Shown here one piece after another: positions 58,597 through 64,000 of a stretch of 64,000 nucleotides of DNA. Location: NCBI GenBank assembly GCA_030704615.1, contig CM060733.1:41850001-41914000 (forward strand). Reading direction: 5' to 3'. The position numbers and the translations under genes are program-made. The notes under the pieces were generated by a model. The model did no database searches and had not been told where the DNA came from. It saw only the letters and a list, made by a program, of their open reading frames with translations. The first letter of the stretch is position 1, and each line of letters opens with the position of its first letter. Origin of the DNA: Takakia lepidozioides (taxonomy: Eukaryota > Plantae > Bryophyta).

Positions 58597-61500
58597 ATTG
58601 TGTTACGCTGTGATAGGCTGTGATGCACTGTGGTAAGCTGTGATAGGCTGTGACACGCTGCGGTAGGTTGTGATAGGCTGTGTTGCGCCGTGCTGGGCTG
58701 TGATAGGTTGTGTCACGCCGTGATGGGCTGTGATAGGCTGTGTTGCGCCTTGCTGGGCTGTGATAGGCTGTGTCACGTCGTGATGGGCTGTGATAGGCTG
58801 TGTCACGTTTGTTTTGCCCACCCTGGTCATATATGCTGGGCCTAGCGACAAGTGTTCCATACTCCGTTCGTAACACTGGTGCAGCCCGTGACTGCTCTTG
58901 CGGTTCAACATGCAAATCATGCTGCAGGGGTTTGTCATGGATACCACTGTACCCCTTCAACTTATTTGCATTGACTCTTCCCAGCATTTTTTTGTTAATG
59001 GTTTGTAACATGGCGGTGTTGTTATCATACATCTTTTGTATGACATAAGGTCCTTTCCATGGTGATTTAAGCTTAGAAGCTTGAATCTTTCCTTTCTTTT
59101 GCAACCATAGAACCAAATCCCCCGTCTTAAAAGTCTTTAACTTGCCTTCATCAAACTGTTCCTTTCTCTTCATCTGAATTCTGGTCATATTATCAGCTGC
59201 ATCAGCACGTACTTCTTCCACATGGTATAATTCATGTTTCCTGACCTTGATGGAGTCTTGCAATTCCATTCTTTTTCCCCACTCCGTTCTCATGGTAGGT
59301 AACAGGAATTCCACTGGAAGTAAGGCTTCCATACCATAAACTAATTGGAATGGTGTATACTTAGTGGTGACTTTATATGAAGTCCTGTATGACCATAAAG
59401 CTGTCAGCAGCTTTGTATCCCAATCCGTTCTGTTTGCATTGACTATCTTAGCCAAGATAGTACATAGTATTTTGTTGGTAGCCTCTGCCTGCCCATTACC
59501 CTGCGGGTAATATGTTGTACTCTTTCTATGCACAATCATAAACTCTTTAGTCAACAACTCAATGGTCTCATTCATGAAGTGACTTCCTTGATCACTGATA
59601 AATTCTAAGGGACAGCCAAATCGTGTAAGTATGTTCTCGTACAGGAACCTTGCTGTGGACTTGGCTGTGTTGTCCCTCAAAGCTTTAGCTTCCACCCACT
59701 TTGTAGTATAATCAGTGGCTGTAATTATGTACCTGTTTCGTGTATTCTTGGATGGTGGATTAATTGGTCCAACAAAGTCTAGTCCCCATTTCTGAAATGG
59801 TTCCGTAGGCATTGTAGGATGCAAGGCCATCCTTCCAGATCTCTGCAAAGGTCCTAGCCTCTGACATTCATCACACTTCTGACAATACTCGTGTACATCT
59901 TTGAACAAAGTAGGCCACCAGTATCCTGCGAGTAGTATCTTTCTACTGGTAGTCTCTTCTCCAAAATGACCTCCAGCTACTCCTTTATGTACTTCCGCCA
60001 AAACTTTATTTACTTCATGGTGGTACAAGCATCGTTTTAGTACTCCATCAGGTCCTAACTTATACATTCTGCTTCCTACCATAGTATAAGGTAAAGCTTT
60101 GATAGCGATTCTCTTCCTCTGCTCCTTACCATAACTAGGTGGGCACTGACCATGAGCAAGGTAGTATCTGATTGGCCACTGCCAATCTAACCATTCATCT
60201 GCACTTCCTTGCACCTCCATTACAAATAAACTCGCATCAGGTAACTGATCGTCCACTCCTGTGGCGGCCTCTCCTGTTGTTAGTCGTGACAAATGATCTG
60301 CCACAAGATGCAAACGGCCAGGCTTGTAAATAACCTCGAACTCAAACTCATGCAAGATTATTAACCACCTCGCTATCCTTCCACTTATCAAAGGTTTGTT
60401 CACCAGATATATCAGAGCCTGGTGATCCACATAAAACATAAACCTTCTTCCCAATAGGTAATTCCTGAATTTCTTCACTGCATAGATCATTGCCAATGCT
60501 TCTCTTTCCGTTGTGCTATAGTTCCTCTCAGCACTGTTCATCAACCGGCTAGCATAGTACATAGGTGAATCTATATTCCCTGTAACATTCTGGGCTAACA
60601 CCGCTCCCAACGCTTCTCCTGATGCATCGCAATGAACATGAAATACTATATGCCAGTGAGGGTTAATCAGCACAGGTGTAGTTGTTACTGATAGTGTAAG
60701 TTCCTCAAACGCCTGTTGACATTCAGCTGTCCAGGCAAACACTGCATCTTTCTTCAGAAGCTTGCTCAATGGTGCTGCTATTTGTGCATACCTTTTGACA
60801 AATCTTCTGTAATAACTGGTTTGCCCAAGGAATCTCCTTAAACTCTTAACATTCACTGGTGGTGGAGATGCTTTAATGGACTCTGTCTTTCTGGGATCCA
60901 CAAGGAGTCCCTTCTTACACACAATGTGTCCCAGAAGCACCCCTGAGTTCACACAGAAAGTACACTTCTCTGGATTCAGGCCCAGACCTCTCATCCTGCA
61001 TCTGGCCAAACATAACTCCAATTTATGCAAGTGCTCACTCTTAGAGCTGTACACACTGAAATCATCCAAGAATACCTGCATGAAATCAGATACTCATGAA
61101 AAGATTCACTTATCACTCTCTGAAAGGTCGCTGGTGCATTACAAAGTCCAAAGGGCATGACTTTGTATGCATAAGCCCCCCAGTCTGTGATGAAAGTTGT
61201 TTTCCCTTGGTCTTCTTCTGCCACTTGCACTTGATTATAACCACTGAAGCCATCCATGAATGAGTATATCTCATGGCCTGCCACAGTGTCTAATACTGCT
61301 TCTGTGAATGGCAAAGGGAAAGGATCTTTCTTCGTACAAGCATTCAGCTTCTTATAGTTCACACATACTCTTAGTTTGCCATTCTTCTTGGGAACTATAA
61401 CAATGGGTGACAACCAAGTTGTATACTCTATTGGGTATATAAACTTAGCCTCAGCCAACTTCTTTATCTCTTCTCCAACCTTCTGGGCGTAGTTGGGATT

Positions 61501-62408
61501 CATTCTATACCTCGCCTGCTTGATTGGTACTGACCCTGGTTCCAGTTCAATCTTATGCTGACAGACTTCAGGTGGTATCCCTTTTAGATCCTCATAGCTC
61601 CAAGCAAATACATCTCTGTATTTGATGAACAAGCTTTTAGCTTCTTCGAAGAATTCCGGCTCCAAATCAGCTCCTACTTTCACCATCCTCGGTTCCTCCT
61701 GAGTTCCCACATTTACTTCTCTCACCTGCTCATCAGCTGTGATTGTCCAACCAGTCACCACTTCATCCTGTAAGCTCACAGTGGCTGGTTCTTCTAGGAT
61801 TTCTATTTCTCCTTCTCTCTCTTCATAGAAATGTGATGGGTAAATGTTAGTTTCCTCTTCAGTTGGTGTTGCTGTCACTACACCACAGCAGATACCTCTC
61901 AAACAACTTAGGCTTTCCAGCCGCATCTCTGCAACCTGCTCCCACTCTGGGTGTGCAGCAAATAGGGTAGCTTCCTGCTCCTCATCCAGTCCTCCTCTCC
62001 AGTCATACTCTCTGACTCCTCGAGGTCTTCTTGTAGCAGATAATCTACTAGATTTCTTTGTGGTAATTTGTATCTCGTGTATCCCATTATGCACGGTTAG
62101 TAACTTAGAATTCCAGTCATGGAATACCCTGGCCTGTTTCAGCCACGGACGTCCCAATAATAAGGAGTAAGCCTCCATGACTTCATCCATTTTTAATACA
62201 GTTACTGTGATCATAAAGATCATTTTCTGTATCTGTATCTTAACTCCTCTTATTAATCCCAATGGCTGCACACTTCTTTGATCTGCCATTGTTACTGTAA
62301 ATGGGGCTGGTTTCATGTTACTTAGACCAAGCTTCTTCCTTAATTGGTCTGTCATGATATTTACTCCAGAACCACCATCTATCAGTACATCAGTTAGTTC
62401 TGTGCTTC
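58355..62408 (-). pseudogene. pol of A5 (PR-RT-RH-INT), frameshift near 61085, interrupted by a family C LTR
   Basis: Same motifs as A3 pol. Confidence 0.9.
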
Positions 62409-64000
62409 TGTAGTGTGAAAAGAAGGGGCGTGAATCCCCTTCTGTGCAAGTCTAGTTGTGCTCTTCCCTAGGTCAATCGGAGGGAAGGAAAGGAGCTCTC
62501 CCTCTCAGCTGATCCAACCATCGTCACTCGGTGTGGGTTTCCATCAGGTCCTTCGTGATCAGAGTTCGCACAATCCTCATCCATGCCGCAGCGGAAGAGA
62601 AGACATGGATGGGGAGTCTGTATTGTTTTCACCCGTGGTTCTACTTCTACACGACATCCTTTCCCTGATACACTGCACCAGCCATGTTACCATGCGGTCT
62701 TCAGTGATGCAACCAGCCCTACGTCAGTGATGACCACTGCCCTTGTGGGCAGCTCTCTTGGTCAACTATACGTGGAATCCCCTTTGTAACAAGATCACGA
62801 TTTGGAAGGCGGCAACGCAGATCTGCCATGAGTTTGCAGGCCCACCAGTTTGGCCCTTCATGGTTTCATGCTTTCTTTATCTTACCTCCCCAATCATCCA
62901 TTCCTCATCATAACCTCTTGCTGGTCAACTCTCTCCCTTGTGTCCTTTTCTCTCTCCCTCTCTCTTTCTTTCAGGATAAGTGGGCTCCTCACTCTTTCCA
63001 CTGTAACATGCCTATGATGCAATGCAATGCGCATTCAGCCAAGCATCCAGTGCACCCAGCATTGAAATCAACCTTGGTCACACAAGATATAATCAACCCT
63101 TTTATCAGTCCCTCTCTTGCCAATGACAGATGCTTCACACTCCACTTTTCCCAGGTATAACCATTGCCCAAGACAGCTCTCAACCCTTCTACAGGTCTCA
63201 ATTTACACACCCTGACAGCTCTCTTTTTCCCATCAGCTGTGAACCTCAGTGGTTCATGGGCTGAGAGCACTCTGAGAATCAGATCCAAACCCAAACAGAT
63301 GCTGGTTTTTCTGCCCCATCCACATCATCCCTTCTTGTTGTTTCCAAACAGTTCTATCTAACCCTCTCTGGTTTCCTCTACCTACTAAGCTAGTTCCACA
63401 TTGGCTGCAATGTGTCAACATCCCAGGCTAGATTGTTTGTACAAGCTCATGACGTTGAAACAAGGAACAAAATACAACAACAGTAACCATTCTGTCCCAG
63501 CAACGAGTCTACCCTGTTTCCATTCATTTTCCTACTGTACAATGTAATAGCAGGTGCATCCATCTCCAGCCCATCCTGATTTGAAGTCCAGTGTCTTCAT
63601 TCCATTTACAAAGCTCTTTTTCTTCCTCACATGTCAGTGTCTCTTACTACATACAAGAGACAGTTCAAACTTCACAAAGCGATTTCTAAGCAACCAAAAA
63701 CCCAAAAAAGGGGGGCCAACACTCCTCAAACTTATCTGTCTTATACTCCTTGAAGTGGTGGGTCTGCCTGTCAAGAAGGCACCTTATCCTCTCCCTCGTC
63801 AGCCATCTCCGACGTTTCTTCTTATCGTGATTCCAGTCCTCATTAAGGCATGACGGCTCTGCTTCAGCTGCTGGCACATCCTTGTGCCTGCCAACCTCTA
63901 CCCTATCCTTCTACATGTGCATTTCCTCCCTATGAGGTGATCTGGTCCTACAGCCCTTAAGACAGAGAGCAGATACATAACTTATTTATAGATAGCTTAA
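62409..64000 (-). mobile_element. Family C-like LTR (3' or solo), running off the window
   Basis: Ends ...cttcttttcacactaca on the minus strand; diverged homology to 41660-43238. Confidence 0.8.

Larger units (their letters stand above)
53331..62408 (-). mobile_element. Family A copy A5: 3' LTR 53331-54285, PPT, 3' extra ORF and pol up to the protease
   Basis: Colinear with 10042-19308. Confidence 0.92.

Overview
Eukaryotic repeat cluster made entirely of nested mobile elements; no ordinary host gene is visible. GT-AG introns, plant-type tRNA primer sites and plant-like Ty3/Gypsy pol suggest a plant, probably a non-seed plant (inference). (1) Ty3/Gypsy family 'A' has ~1-kb TG..CA LTRs with a CACAGC minisatellite, an Arg-type PBS, gag-pol and extra ORFs on both sides; there are six LTRs from five or six copies. 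(2) There are fragments of two other LTR families: 'B' (iMet PBS, decayed gag-pol) and 'C' (~1.6-kb LTR, gag-like ORF). (3) The main result is three diverged copies (D1 26498-35508, D2 37400-~47635, D3 ~47636-53330) of a Mutator-like DNA transposon. D1 pairs a GCM-like/DDE/SWIM transposase with a divergently transcribed, intron-containing gene fusing a ParB/Srx domain to a beta-class amino (N4C/N6A)-methyltransferase fold with an unusual DIPDG motif IV. D2 and D3 carry helically phased palindrome arrays (53/64/74-bp spacing) upstream of that gene. D1 and D2 share a palindrome in their introns, and three element-end junctions follow a target CA. There is also a Mu-killer-like inverted duplication of the transposase 3' half and a 500-N gap with duplicated flanks. 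All domain calls come from motifs recognised by eye; no database search was run.
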